Shown: piece after piece, positions 24,431 through 38,638 of the stretch
Layout of the letters: each line of letters starts with the position of its first letter
How positions within the stretch are numbered: the stretch's first letter is position 1
Origin: Lama glama
Taxonomy: Eukaryota
Length of the DNA: 64,000 nucleotides
Reading direction: 5' to 3'
Assembly: GCA_028534125.1 (NCBI GenBank)
Contig: CM052817.1
Span: 94,862,001-94,926,000 of the forward strand
The notes under the pieces: model-generated
What the model saw: the letters and a program-made list of their open reading frames with translations, nothing else
Told to the model about the DNA's origin: nothing
The model's database searches: none
Program-made: the position numbers and the translations under genes

Positions 24431-27400
24431 CGAATGAATAGTAATGTGATGCATCATGACACGGGAGCAGCTGGCCTGCCATATTTACCCCTTGAAGATG
24501 GAGTGGATGCTGGAATCTGAGGGCGGGAGCTGTGCAGTGAGGGAGGATAGATGCTGACGACGTTATAGATGATGAGAGTGGGTATTGGCGGTCGAGAAAG
24601 TGGAACCTTTATAAACACCTCATTTGCCCTATGATTTACAACTAGGAACTTATCTCTACCTGGAGATTTTGTGAATTAAAATGGGACGATGAACGTTCCA
24701 TCAGTTTTGTCCACATTGCTACAAATGTTGAATTATAATCGTATTAGAAAACTCTGTTCTTGTTTGGCTCTTCCCAAAGTTAACTAAGAATACAATCTTA
24801 GGCAATTTGAATGTCAGAAGTTTCCTCAAATTCTGCCTTTTGGTCCAAAATTATATTATCCAGAAATACGTAAAGTATGCTTTCCACTATATTAAGAATT
24901 ATAGGGAACAGAGCTTCCTTTGCACTGAAAACTGTCCTACTGGTGAAACTTCTATGGAAAAGGTGAACAGACAGACACTGTCCTTAGAACTAATCTTCAT
25001 GTATTTGAAGCAAGTTATGTGCTCTCAGATTTTTTTTTTTGAAATTAAGAAATCCAAGCCCTCCCTTTAGTGTTTTTTGATAAATCCTATTTTATAATTA
25101 CTTTCACATCTTTAATCTGGACTTCAGGTTTTTTCAGATATCTATAATATATAGTTCCCACACTTATTCTATCTCAATGCAATAATATCATACTTTCCTG
25201 ATTACAGAAAATATGAAACTGAAGAAATTTATATTTTAAACTGTCACATAGTTTAATTTAAAGATGCACTTCCCAGAAATATATATTAATTGCTTTTAGT
25301 CAGAAGTAGTATAAATATGTACTATATCAAATTTCAAAAAGAGTTGCTTACTTTGGATATCTGAGGCATAGCAAACATTTGTTTTCTCAGTGTTGATTTG
25401 TAACTAATGACATTTTGGAATAAGAATGATTTGTTAATGTAAAAACGAAAATTTAGATTGAACATTTTTTAGTGTTGCTGTGTTGCTAGCATTCTGCATC
25501 TGATCATTTTGTGAAGTAGTGATTCATGAAAATATCAGAGATTCAAAGATTTGGTTTTGTGATCTTGGTCGATGGCAAAGTTTAATTGACATCTAAATCC
25601 TGCACATACAAACTGCACTCAGAAAATAATTTCAAAAGTACCGTAATTTTTACATGACCTTGAAGTTGCAGCAATCTATTGCATAACTTTTCAAGAGAAG
25701 TCACAGAGAGGAAACCTCATATTTTCTTAAATTTATTAGTGTTCCTTGGTGGTCTAAACAGTTGGGATTTTTTTCAAGGTTTCTCTTCAAGGCAATAATC
25801 TTACTTAATTGTTTAATGTTTGTTCTCATATAAGTCAGTTTGAGTTCTTCTTTAGAGTAACAATAGGAAATATATAATGGCAAAGAGCAGTGAAACATGA
25901 CTAAAATACTCAAGTATCCTAGTGTTATATTTCTATGTAATGATGTGAAGATAATGCTTTTAGCTGCATGACCACCATATTAGCCACACATCATAAAAAA
26001 CAAACTTTATAAAAGTAACAGGTCAAATTCATTTAAGACAATTTTTTACCCTTAGCTAGAGTTAAGCATTAATCCTTAATATTGTGATTTTTTTTCTGTC
26101 ATTGAAAGGACCTTGAATCTTCCATTTTCCAGCAGGAGAAAAAAGATTTTTCAAACTACAAAGGTAGAAGCCAGATGAAAATATCAGGGAAGCATTCTTT
26201 ATATTCCTGGGCTTAATGTTTTAAATAAAGTGTCAGACTTAGTGCCTCAAAGATTTTAGCTTTAAAGATGGTAAATGAAATCTTATGAGGCCATTTTCTT
26301 TCGTTTCAGTATGAAAATTTAATATTTCTAATAATTTTATTTAAAAATTTACTTTTATTCTTATAAAAGTTAATAGTCCTTAACTTTGTTAGACCTTTAT
26401 CAATAAACTATGAAAAATTATTTTTCTTTATTATAGACCAAGTCATTCTAAGAAAGAGATTTCCAAACTGTGAGTCAAATGAGGGACACTTCTTACCCAT
26501 TAAGTAAAATACATTTTGGGAATTTGAAGGCATTAAGGTACTTTCTAAATCGTCTTTCTTCCAAAGGAATCAGTTACTTCCTAACAAGGTTTGCCCAATA
26601 TTTGTCAATCTAACAATTTTTTAAAAAATATTTATACTTTAAGAATGATCCTAAGAAAATCCTTGAGAGAGTGAGAGAATGGAAAACTGAAATCCCCTAA
26701 ACATAAACAAATATTTCCTTTGTTCTGCAGTGTCGTCAAATCTTTGGGGATATGTATATTTTTTTAATGAATGTATATACTCTCACACGTTCTGGATAAT
26801 CTTATATTTTTGCTTAGTTCATAACTGGATATTCAAATTTGACTCTAAACTCTGTGTCTTTTTAAAATTTATATAAGTATCTGTTATATCAGTCTATATT
26901 GCTCTGAGGTAATTTTCACAGCTGTTTGGCAATATCAAAGATGCGTATTTTTCTATCACAAATCTTGGAAGTGTGTTTTCATATAAAGTTTGTTTTTTGT
27001 GGGGAGGAAATATTGTGATTTGTCATCAGTATTATTGGAGATCACAGAAATGTTGGGTGAATTTGTTTCTCCCATTCCTTTTATTTGCTTACTAAAGAAA
27101 TTACTTTAACTTTAGAGCCTATGAGCACTAAATACATATATTTTTTAACTAAAAAAGAAAAAGATTTCTGCAGTGGCCAAGTATGTATGTTTCAATCCTG
27201 GAATAAAAATTCAGATTACCCCGTCTTGGAAATCATTCATTAAGGAGCCACTGGTAACACATACCATCTAAATCTGCTGAAAAGATATAGACAGATCTTT
27301 ATCAAAACTATGTGGTAAGCCTGGTGCTAAATATAAGTATAAATGTGCCTTTCCATGCCTGCAATTGTCTGAAGTCCAAAAGTTCTTCGGATGGTAGCAG

Positions 27401-28016
27401 GCAAGATAATACTTCCTCTACTTAATTTAAATGCATTCCTCATCTGATTCAAATGTAGGGCTACACATTCTCTACTTCAAAAATCACATTCCCTTCCCAA
27501 ATCTTACTATTTTATGGATCAGATAGATTTGAGGCTGGCTCTTGCCTCTCTGTCCATTGTAGTAGCTATGTCTTCCATTCACATGGCACGTTGGAATTTA
27601 CAAAGTGGTTTTACATTCGTTGTCTTCTTTGATTATCTGAGGGGCTTTATTAGAGGGAGAAAAAATATTATCGAGGAGTTTTCATTTGCCTCTCTCTATC
27701 GCTTTAAATAACCAGGTAAACGCCTCGAAAGGATTGTTGAGTGTGCTACTCTGTTTTTTGGTGGTATACTAGTTTTCATGTATTGTTTCATCTAAAATCC
27801 AGTTTAAAAAAAAAAAACAAAACCTCTTTCCGCTCTTTAATTAATGATTTATTTAATTATTTGAACCCCTGCCTAATTCACCAAAAGATTTGGGTGCTTT
27901 ACATTGAAAGGAACAGGTCTGATAGAATTGTAAAGCAAGCGAGAAAAGATAAGAGCGCCACACTGCGGGAGGGAGGTGTGATAAAAGAGATGTGAAGGAG
28001 AGTGGAAGTGCTCCAC

Positions 28017-28180
28017 AGTGGTGGTCCCGGGTTTGCCAGCGCTAACTGGGCTCCTCCTTCTCACACCGAAGTCAGAGATATTAAGTTGCCAGTTTGAAAT
28101 CGGCCATGGTGAGAGTATTTACACCGCAGAAATGTACACAAGCCAGGATTTTTATTTTTCAGATAGTCGGTTTATCAATG
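28017..28180. mobile_element. hAT MITE remnant (MER63-like)
   Basis: gaaatcggccatggtgagagtatttacacc.cagaaat resembles MER63 (recalled). Confidence 0.5.
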
Positions 28181-28369
28181 GCCCTAAAGCCTAAATTAAC
28201 CTTTGTGTTAAAATAACTGATGTATAAGCTTCATTTTATTCTCCTGCAGAGCTTTGTAAACTTAAGCAGGACTGTTTCAGTACTGCCTCAGTCCATGAAC
28301 AATGGGTGCTGATGAGGGAATACAATCAGTTTTGTGTTTGTTCATGTCTTTCAGAACTATTTGGAGGGC

Positions 28370-28610
28370 GGCAGTGGAACATTATTGTTAACGTTATTTT
28401 TCCTCCAATCAGATGATCTTTTGTGACTTCCGGTTGTACATTTTGGGCAGGTTACTCAAATCCTCCATGCCTCTGTGTCTCTAATGCAGAAAATAAAGAT
28501 AATAATAAAATAGTATTAAGCTTTATAGAGGTATACAGTTTAAACAATATAATGCTTGCAAATTACTTAGCATGGTCTCTGATACAAAGTAAGAGCTCAA
28601 TACATGTTAC
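28370..28610 (+). mobile_element. MIR SINE
   Basis: ttgggcaggttactcaa...gcctctgtgtctctaatgcagaaaata...agtaagagctcaatacatgtta. Confidence 0.65.
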
Positions 28611-28705
28611 CTTTTATGATAAGGCTTCCACTGGCATAGACGAGATACTTTCTAAGACATTAGAAATGCCAAGATAAGGTCCCTGCCCTTAAAAAGCTCA
28701 CAGCT

Positions 28706-28869
28706 GGGGAGGGTATAGCTCAAGTAGTAGAGCTCATCCTTAGCATGCATGAGATCCTGGGTTCAATCCCTAGTACTTCCTAAAAATAAACAAACCTTAA
28801 TTATCCCCCTCCACCAAAGTAAAATAAATAATACAACAAAAAAGAATAATGCTATTTAAAAAAAAAAAA
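28706..28869 (+). mobile_element. Camelid-type tRNA SINE (Vic-1-like)
   Basis: ggggagggtatagctcaagtagtagag...cttagcatgcatgagatcctgggttcaatccc with A-rich tail. Imperfect TSD aagctcacag / aagctcatag. Confidence 0.9.
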
Positions 28870-29019
28870 GAAGCTCATAGTCTAGAGGAGAATTGGTTTA
28901 GTTCCTAATTTACATATTACATAAATTACATACATTTTGCTGTGCCTAACAATGTAGCTGGCCAATACTTCACTCATTTACAGTTCAGTCTAGAAATGTG
29001 TTTTCTTTCTTTCTTTTGT

Positions 29020-29200
29020 TTTCTTTCTTTCTTTCTTTTCTGTCTCCTTTCATTCTTTCTTTAGTTGAAGTATAGATGATTTATAATAGTGTGTTAGTTT
29101 CAGGTATACAGCAAGATATATATATATATACATATAATTTTTTTCAGATTATTTTCCACTATAGGTTATTACAAGAAAGCGAATATCCTGTGTTATACAG
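29020..29200 (-). mobile_element. L1 3' end with (TTTC)n-derived tail
   Basis: ttgaagtatagatgattta...tttcaggtatacagc...ataggttattacaaga. Confidence 0.8.
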
Positions 29201-29469
29201 GAAATAGATACTTTTTAAAATCTAAGGTCCAACAAGTATTAAACCTGTAGCTTGTAACAGAAGAGTTTAGTATAGTCATAGTCTTTTTTAATTATTATTT
29301 TTATTCATTTTTAACTCCATGAATACTCTTGGTTTTTTGTCAAACTATTGTTCATTTATTTTCACGTACCCTAAACATACAGCATAAGAGGTTTGCTTTC
29401 TCTAAGTGTTGCCAACACCCCTGTACATTTCCTTCTTCAAAAAAGTGTTGAGTGCTAGGATTTGGGGGT

Positions 29470-29612
29470 GTTTTTTCTTCTGGTTTTATTGAGATGTAAT
29501 TGACATACAGCATGTATAAGTTTAAAGTTACAGCATCATGCAATGATGACCACAGTAAGTTTAGTGAACATCTATCATTTCTTATAGATACAAAAGTAAG
29601 AAATAGAAAAGA
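29470..29612 (-). mobile_element. Older L1 (L1MA/MB-type) 3' end
   Basis: ttttattgagatgtaattgacatacagcatgtataagtttaaag...ccacagtaagtttagtgaacatc. Confidence 0.7.
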
Positions 29613-31061
29613 ATTCTTAGAATTTTGTTTCTAAGAGGAATTTACACTTTTTGTAGCTTTAGTATTTTATTATTATTTCAAATAGATGTTTCATGCATTT
29701 TGGTTTTAATATTTTTAAGTTTAATTTGAAGCATCTTTTCTATTAGAGTAGATGTTTTGGAGAACTGAACTTTGGGATGTCACAGGTATTATTAACTCTT
29801 GACACACACTGAGTCAGATAGTCCCTAGTGCTCAGGCCAGTCCCTGAGAGCATATGGGATTCCTTGGGCAGCACGTGTAAAGGTTCCACTGCAGCTAACT
29901 GCTGCATGGACAGTGTAAAAGGGACAAGCCAATCCACCATGTAATGTGCCATACTGGATTAGAGGTCACAGTTCAAATTGGTAAAAGCTTAGGGAAAAAC
30001 AGAAATCTGGAAGTTGATTCCATTTGACAAACATAAAATTTGTGTAAAATAAATCGTGTACACCCACACATAAAATAGTGCGATCGTAACAGTTTTTACA
30101 TACATAACTGAATATGTGTGTACTTTTTTCCCTGAAGGCAGGAGATGTCAAAAGAACAGTAGTATATGGAATGAGAAGCAGCTGGGAAGCTGTAAATTCT
30201 AGAAAAGAATCACCTCTAGTATCTTCCCTCTGTGTTGGTTGGAACTTAAATCCAGTATGACTGATTTATTTTGTTTATGTTTGAAAAGAGTGAGGAGGAG
30301 AATTGTTGAAGAAGGTACTGTGACTTGGAGATAGCTGGTCTGCATCTAGATTATCTTTCATCCTCTCATGTGTACTTTTCTAGTCTGTTTTTGCATTTGC
30401 TATACCTTCAGAAAATAAAATGTGCAATCCTAAACGTAGATTTGACATGGACCAATTGGCCCACGGCAGAAATCATATTCCCCATGAGACACATCCTAAA
30501 AACTCTGAATTGCAGAGTATCTTCTAGCGTCTCTCCAACTTCATTCGAAGGACAGACCTCTCTGTTGGGGGAGTGTGCTCGGGGTAGGCATGGCTCCTGC
30601 CAGCACGTGAAGGCTGTAAATACTTTCTTCGAGAACAGGAGCAGTGGGAAGTACTATTAGGCAGAAGTAAGGCCTTGAAAGGACAAGACAGTGCCTGGAA
30701 GAGCATTCAGTCATCAGGAAACCAAGAGAGTAGTTGAAGGAAGTTAAAGACTTCTCTAAACAAAAAACCAAATCTGGAAAAATAGAGGAAATTTTAAAGA
30801 AATGGGGAGAATTAGTACCATATGCGATAGGGTCTCAGTGTATTGTGGCTGCTTTCATGCTCAGAGTACAGTGAAGGGAAGCCGAAAGAGTGAGTAATAA
30901 AATGGCACAAGATATTTTATTAAAATGTTGATTTCCAAAGTAAAATTTGTGTGAGTACCAAATTATTCCATGTATAACTTCAACTTCTTCGATAGAGTTG
31001 ACCATGACCTTCTCCCTAGAGAGGAGGATGAGCTAAAGAACCTCTCAGATTTTTTCTGGAA

Positions 31062-31882
31062 TGTCTTCTGATACCAGATGACAGGGTTGGTTTTTTTTTG
31101 TTTTGTTTTGTTTTGTTTTTTCTCACAGCAACCAATTCTCCAACACCAAGTGGGTGTTCAAAAATTCAGTTCCATTCTGACACTAACTCCCTGGAGTTAA
31201 CCTTGACCCCATGGATTAAGAGCTCAGTCCCACAAGACTATCTCTGTTCCAAGCACTGGCTTCGCACATTTCTGCCCAAATGACTACAAATTCAGGGGTT
31301 CTTATCAGCTCCCCCGCAGACTTAGTCACTCATAGAACGGCTCACAGAACTCAGGAAGCTGCTTTACTTACCATTACTGGTTTATTATGAAAGCTCCAGC
31401 TCAGGAGCAGTCAGAGGGCGGAAGAGACACATAGGGAAAGGCATGGGGCTGGGGGACGTGGAGCTTCCATGCCCTCTCTGGACATCCCACCCTCCAGCAC
31501 CTCAGTGTGTTGGCCAACCTGGAAGCTCTCCAAACGCCATCATTTAAGGTTTCATGGAGGCTTCATTAGGTAGGTATGATTGATTCCATCATAGCCATTG
31601 GTGATTGAACTCAACCTCCAGTCCCTCTCTCCTCCCTGGAGGTTGGAGGGTGGGACTGAAAGCACTCATCCTTCAATTACCTTTGTTGGTTCCTCTGGCA
31701 TCAGCCCCCTTCCTGAAGTTATCTGGGGGTCCACCAAGAATCACTTCTTTACCATAAACTCAGGTGAGGTTGACCATTAGCAAGGACAAAAGACACTCCT
31801 GTCATTCAGGAAGTTCCAGTGATTTTAGGAGCTCTGTGCCAAAAACCAGGGACACAGACCAAGTCTATTTTTCATTATAGCA
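31062..31882 (-). mobile_element. Solo LTR, MER21-like (ERVL group)
   Basis: caaccaattctccaacacc...attctgacactaact.cctggagtta...gctcagtcccacaagact...ttttaggagctctgtgcca, as in the recalled MER21B/C reverse complement. Confidence 0.85.
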
Positions 31883-32442
31883 CTCCCCATGCAGCCCCTC
31901 CCATAAGCTAACTCAGGGTCCTAGGGGAACTGACTCTTCTTCTGAGACCAAATTAGACTTTTGGAACTATTGAAAAGCACTGCTTCCTGTCTTTTCCAGG
32001 AGTTGTGAAGAGATTAATACTATACAGTGTGTTTTGAAACTTATGAACTAAGCAAAATAACAGTTTTAGCGATATTAGAATCCTCCAGTTAGTAGAAACA
32101 GTTTGCCCATGTTGAAATTTTTCCTTCTTTGCATCCTGGGATTAACACAGTTTTGCTCTTGACTGAATTCATATATGCCCACGTGTTATCTAATGGTCTC
32201 CACCTTCTCTTCAGTTCTGAAAAGTGCTTTCACTTCACTCCGAAGGGTGTTGGTTGATCTTGCAACACGGACAGCTAAGAGAGAGTGCTTGCTGTGGGAG
32301 AGCTTTCCCTAAGTATCTCTTTATGAATTTGTGGGTGAACTTCACCAGTCTCCTCTTTCAGGGCACTCACAGTAAGGCATGGCCAAGATGGTTCAAGGCA
32401 TCAGTGCTTTGGATCCTTTTAAAACACAGATTAAAGTAGACA

Positions 32443-32912
32443 TGTAGTAGACCAAAAAAGAGTAATGCTCTTTCCCACAAGATGTCCTCAGCCTAATCTC
32501 CAGAACCTGTGATTATGTTACTTTACCTGGCAAAGGGGAATTCAAATTACACTGGATTATCTAGGTGAGTTCAGTGTCATCACACAGTCTTAAAAGTGGA
32601 AGAGGGAGCAGAGAAGTTCAGAGCGATGAGATTATGAGGATTCAGCCTACCATAACCAGCTTTGAAGATGGAGGGTGGAGGGCACCAACCAAGGATGCCA
32701 CATGGCTTCTAGAAACTGAAAAGGGAAAGGAAGTGGATTATGCCCTAGAGCCTCCAGAAAGCAGCCCAGCTCTGCAGACACATTTATTTCAGCCAGGTGA
32801 GACCCATGCTGTAGTCTAACCTATAGATTTTAAGATAATAGATTTGTGTTGTTTCAAGCCACTCTGTTTGTGGTGATTTTTTTTTTTACAGCAGCAATAG
32901 AAAACGAAGACA
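32443..32912 (+). mobile_element. Solo MaLR LTR, MLT1D-like
   Basis: tg...ca ends; cctaatctccagaacctgtga.tatgttac, ctttgaagatggag, ccctagagcctccagaa, acagcagcaatagaaaac. Confidence 0.88.
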
Positions 32913-33589
32913 CCTGATATTGTATTTGAATTAACAATTCTCAAACAAATTTATTTCTTGTGTCTGAACAGCGAAAGGTTCTGGTCTCAGAAGCACAGGT
33001 TTGCATGACGAGTGGTCCACATTGGTCTCCAAGTCCTCTTGTTCCTCTCCTGACACGTGCTAGCAAAACATAGACATTTGGATCACAATTAACAAAGAAA
33101 ATGTCATGACCTGCCTTATAATAAAAGTATAGACTTTATAGAGAATTAAAAATACCCCCCTTCTGTTCTTATGTTAATCCTTAGAAGCTCTTTCATTATT
33201 AAGAGAACAACAGTTCTGCTGGAGGCCTTCACACCTGTGTGCCTGGGGCGTGTATGTCAGTTAAGTTAGAAGGTGGTCTTGTGTTGGCAGAAACTCTGCC
33301 TAATTTTCATGTAATTTATCTGTTATAAAATCAAGCTTTTTTTCTTCTTCCCATCATGTTTTACAGTAGAGAAAGCTCAGTGATAATATACTAATTAACC
33401 TTTATGTTGGAAGTTACCCAGAACATGTGTTTATTCTCTTTAATACTTGTATTTTGGGCCCTGCGTATTTCTAATAGCGTAGCACTGTTTAAGTTCCCCC
33501 TCCCCAAAACCCCAAATCAGCATCATAAGAAAGTAGGAGGGGGGGTGAAACAACTAAAAACTCACTTTGTTATCTGCTTCCATGCATAA

Positions 33590-33695
33590 ATTCCTGGAGG
33601 GCAGGAATTCATTTTTATTGATTATCTTATCCCTGGTGTCAAGTACAAGGCCTCATGCATAGTAGGCATTCAATAAATATTTGTCGAATAAATGT
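33590..33695 (+). mobile_element. L2 3' end
   Basis: catagtaggcattcaataaatatttgtcgaataaat. Confidence 0.7.
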
Positions 33696-36600
33696 TAAAT
33701 ACAAAAATTTTTGGCAAGGCAGTATCAAGGAATATCTTGAACTCAGCAGTGTATTGTTTAATTTACATTCCCTCCCTGGCTTTCTGTTTCATTGCCATAG
33801 GCCCGTTGGGTACATTGCTGAACTTGAACCTAGTCACTTGCTAAAGGGTCACCAAGAAAACTATGCAAAAATGAGAAACAGTGCTTCCAGTTCAGTGCTG
33901 TCCAGTCCTGTTTCCTAAAATGCACAAGTCAATTGTCAAATATAAAATGTTAAAACAAATTTTAAAGAAGTTGGAAATCAGAAAAAATTAACTTTAACCA
34001 CATTGAAAGTATGAAGTTAATGTTTTCTTTAAAATACCATCATGAAAGACCATGCCCCACAAGTTCTCTTAAAAAAGAAAAAGAATTCTTTCTGTCACAA
34101 TCATTTTATGACTACCTGTCTTTTTCAACAGATGCTTAATTTCCTTCAAAGAGTCTTCCTTAGTCAGTTGGTTAGAACTTTGCGGTTCTCACTGGGGAGG
34201 AGTTTACCTCAAAACTATAGGACTAGATCTGATCTAGGACTTACACGAAAGTCATTGATCCTCTTTGTTTGGGGGTTTTGTCTCTTTTCTGCTGACCGTG
34301 TGAAATTGTTCCTGAGAGCTGAATGATAATTAGAATGGCAGTGAACTACTTATTCAAAGTCCCTAAGGAGGGTTTTATGATTTATTCTGAAACATGGGTT
34401 AATCTCAAGGCTCCAAAGTGTATAGAGATATTATCTTCAAATCATTCGACTACCTGATTTTGAGGAGTCATTGGTGCTTGGTGAGGGTCTGTCCAGAAGT
34501 TGATGTGGTACCGGGAGGACTGAGCAAGGGGAAGGGACAAAGGGAGAAGCTCGTTGTAGCCTCTGAAGATACTCAGATGAGAGTTCAATCAGTGAGCTGG
34601 GGAAAAAAAAAATTACCCAAACAGAGGAAACCCTGACATCTCGCTTATAAATTACTTGTTGCCCAATTGGTTCAGTAGTGATGTGTGCTCCTAGAAGCAT
34701 AAGGTATACACAAAGGGTTTCTTATCAGTAATGAAGTACAAAGTATAATGTGAATAGTTTGGACACATTGCTGCTTTTCACATGGGGAAGGATAAAATAT
34801 TTTGGACATTGAGTTAACAGTTTTCAAAACTATGCTGTTAGAAGTCACTGTCGTTTTGAAAGGCGTGGCTCCCCGCACCACAGGGCTTCCTTTGCCATTC
34901 TATGAATGTGTTTTTCTCCCTTTTTAACCAGCTTGGCTGAACTAATTAATCACTAGAGGTTCCTTCTTCCCAGATGCTCACCAGAAACAGTTCAATAATT
35001 TGACATTTCTGGAAGGCTGCATGGTTTTAATTCCATCAGGCTACACATAATGAGGGGAAGGAGGAAGGGGAAAGTCAGTAACATCGACACAAGGGTTTTT
35101 TGCTGAGCCTGGGAGAGCTGGGCTGCTGGCTTCCATCCTGCCTCCAGGGGCCAACACCCTGGCTCTGATGCCAATGAAGACGATGCTTGAAGCAACCATA
35201 GAGGACCTGGAAGCCTCAGATGTCTGGTGGTGTTTCTGGCAGTGTGGCCTCTGACCCTGCTCCAAAGTTAAGGCTTAAACACCCAATCGACGTATTCTCC
35301 ATGCTTGTGATTTGTCAGTAACATACTTTGAATGGACAGCGTAACTCTGAAGGCTAATTCAAGCTATGTGAACCTACTAATATTTTAATCTCCTGACAGC
35401 AGTCATACATGCCTCTTTCCCAGTCTCTGAACATTTAGGAGTTGTGTTATCCTAGATAATTTTAAAAGCTAGTTTCGAGAGACACTCTAGGATATTTACA
35501 TAATACATTAAATTTTGTCCACAATACAGTTATGAGAGTATTTCTCTGAAATGACTTAAAAGTAATTAGTCATGTGTCTAAACCCCCCACAACACTACTT
35601 TGCACCTAGAAGTTGACTTTGAAAACATGAAATCATATGTAATGATTAAACAAATGTAAATCCTATAACCTGAAAAATTCAGGATTATTGACATTTTTTA
35701 AATGGCTTTCTTGATTTATTTTCTTGTCATTCAAATGTCTCACTCTCTTTCTATATTTGGCACTTTATTAGAAGTCAGTGTTGCCCCCCCCCGATACATT
35801 CACACAATAAGGACATCTCCAAGGTGAACTTCCATCACTTGGGGATTTGTTTAAATCTCTTTGCCCGTCCATCTTTCTCTTGTGCATGAATCCTACATTC
35901 CTAATTCCCGAAAAACCAGCCAGCACAGTTTTAAACCATGTTGCTTTCCAGCTCAAACTGTCTTTCAGATGATTTGATTAAAAGTTACAAAAGACCTACT
36001 TTCAACAAAAGCTTCTTATAAGGGAACACAAACTTTTGTGAAGTGGGCGTGCTGTACTTATCCTGCATTCACAGATTTAGGGGGAAATATGTGCGGAAGG
36101 AGAATTAATCACGAACTAAATCCCTACCCGAACCCCCCAGGGCCTCCTTATACATCCATCAAGGAGGTTTAGACGTGCAGGGGCTTTTCTACGACCGAAT
36201 CTTACTTACACATCCCTGCTTTCTACGTCTCATCAGAAAGGCAAGAGATATTTGTTTAATGAAGATAGAAGAAAAACAGCAACGTCGAGCCAATGTTAAA
36301 ATCGTCGTAGCAAGACAATCCAAAAAACAGAGGCTTATTCATAAATCACAGTCAGAGAGCCTTACCCTTCAGTGAGATTGTTCCTTTGCCTAAAATTAAA
36401 ATTAAGCATATGGTGATACTGCAAATGAAGAGGCTGACTTTTTAGATTAGTATGAAGAATCATTTGGTAGTTCTGGGATCTTTGCATCCACTTTATTATT
36501 TATACTCTCTTAAAGTCTGAATGTTTCTGCTTTGGATGGCATGCACTTGAAGGAGTTTTTCTCTAATCCAGGAATTAAAACAATGTTTATTAAAAGCCCG

Positions 36601-37930
36601 ATTTTATGCCTAAAACTGTAAATTCACAAATCCATGTAGCACACAAACTACAAACAGTTCTGTGCTTTGCTAGTAACACATGCTCTTCCAGGGGACAAAG
36701 GCCGGAGAGTGCGTCCATGATCGAGCATGACCTTGTAAAAAAGTTACAGTATTAGAGATTTATTTTGTCCTCCAGCTCTTCCGAGGAGTGACTGACAGCT
36801 GTTCACCATAGGAGATGTTGTGATGTTTAGTGGAATAGCGTGTGGAAGGTGATGTCCTAGTGACAATTGTAACATTCAGTTTCTGTCACATTTTTCTCCA
36901 CTGTGCATAGCTCGTCAGGCTACAGAGAAAGGGCTCCCTGGCTTACCAGCATATGAACTTGAAGTCTCTGATCTAGATAATTTTAGATACTTTGATTTCA
37001 TTATAGAAATTCCTAGACTACTTGTGGGATAAAACAAATGCCGAGACCATATTGAGTTTCCTCAAGCTGAATTAGCAGAAAATAAAGATAAAATGCCTTT
37101 CTATTTAAGAAACATGATGATGTTTTAATTGTTACAGCATTTGGCATGCCTAATGTATACAATTCTTGACATTCATATAATAACAAAAGAAATTTGTTTG
37201 GGATTTTTCTTTTATTTCCAAGTGTCCCCTTTCCTTTCGAGTATTTCTCCCACCCCCACCCCAGCCCTGGCTTTTAGCTCACTTCTCATTTCTCCCTCTT
37301 TCTGTAAAGAAAAACTCTATCCAGGGAAGGGAGACATGTAAAAATACCTCATTTCTATGTAGATAGGGCCAAGGCTGCTTATTACCTTGCTATGACAAGC
37401 AGACCACCATGGTTGTGACAACTGATGTAGCTGCCTCCAGGGTAAAACAAAGGTTTACATATTACACAAGCAATTTAACTGTTTTCTAAACATATTGCCA
37501 AGACAGTGGGAGTTGGCAGCCCACACTGTGTTTTAGGTTTTGGAGACTTGGATTAGAAGTGACTGCTGATTATGAACCTTTTTATTTGTCTTCTGTGAAC
37601 TACAAGCAACCTAGTAACCCAGCAAAGAATTCTTCACAGCACTTAAACTTGTCTTCCGAGCTTCCCCAGATTGCATACACAAATCACTCGACAAAAGTGG
37701 TGTACGCATAGATAACCGTGCGACGCAATTGTCTCCTTCCAACCCTTAAAGAGTTCCGCAAAGTGAAATGTTTTATAATCCTTTTTGTGCAGTAGGCAAG
37801 GAAGAAAAGAAAAGAGTTTGGGCAAAGATTATCCAGAAGAAAGAAAGAGACTCTTTTGGGGGTTCCAGTTGAAACACAATAAAGAACATAATTAACTTCA
37901 CAATTCTTTGTGTTTTTCATTTGACTGCAG

Positions 37931-38082
37931 GGAGGAGATGAAAGAGGACTGCTGAGCCTTGCATTCCATCCCAATTACAAGAAAAATGGAAAGCTCTACG
38001 TGTCTTATACCACCAACCAAGAACGGTGGGCTATGGGGCCTCACGACCATATACTGAGAGTCGTGGAATACACAGTATCCAG
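37931..38082 (+). CDS. HHIP: HHIP exon 5 (152 nt, phase 0-2): GGDERGLLSLAFHPNYKKNGKLYVSYTTNQERWAMGPHDHILRVVEYTVS(R)
   Basis: Acceptor ttttcatttgactgcag|, donor |gtatca. Manual translation gives the HHIP/GSDH-like propeller motif ERGLLSLAFHP. Confidence 0.97.
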
Positions 38083-38464
38083 GTATCACTGAAAGTCGTT
38101 TAGCCTTATTTTCTCATCTGCCCTTCCTAATTTTTTGTTCGATGTTACAAATAATTAACCGTAAGGTGGCAATAATTAAACCACCATCTCCATCTTGCTT
38201 AAAACCCCATATGGATCTTTCAGGAAAATTGTGGACAATGGTAGCTTTGGCACCTGCCCTGCGATTCTCTTGCCACCTAATGCCACTTCAGAAGCAACCT
38301 AGAAAATAATGTGATTTCTCAGTCATTTTCATTTGCTGCATTTTAAGTATATGTTTGCTTATTTATGGGCCAGGTGTTTGCGTCCCTGTTTGTGTGCTAC
38401 TTACTTTCTGCGGATCCACCTTACGTCTTTAACAATCATGGTTTGCTCCCTCCTCACCATGTAG

Positions 38465-38638
38465 GAAAAACCCCCATCAAGCTGACCTGAGAACAGCCAG
38501 AGTGTTTCTTGAAGTTGCAGAGCTTCACAGAAAACACCTGGGAGGCCAGCTGCTCTTCGGTCCCGACGGCTTTTTGTACATCATCCTTGGTGATGGGATG
38601 ATCACACTGGATGATATGGAAGAAATGGATGGGTTAAG
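38465..38638 (+). CDS. HHIP: HHIP exon 6 (174 nt, phase 2-2): KNPHQADLRTARVFLEVAELHRKHLGGQLLFGPDGFLYIILGDGMITLDDMEEMDGL(S); contains the Hedgehog-binding loop, with the D383 codon at 38628-38630
   Basis: Acceptor ccatgtag|, donor |gtaaaa. In frame with exons 5 and 7. Carries the HLGGQLLFGPDGFLYI motif. Confidence 0.97.
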
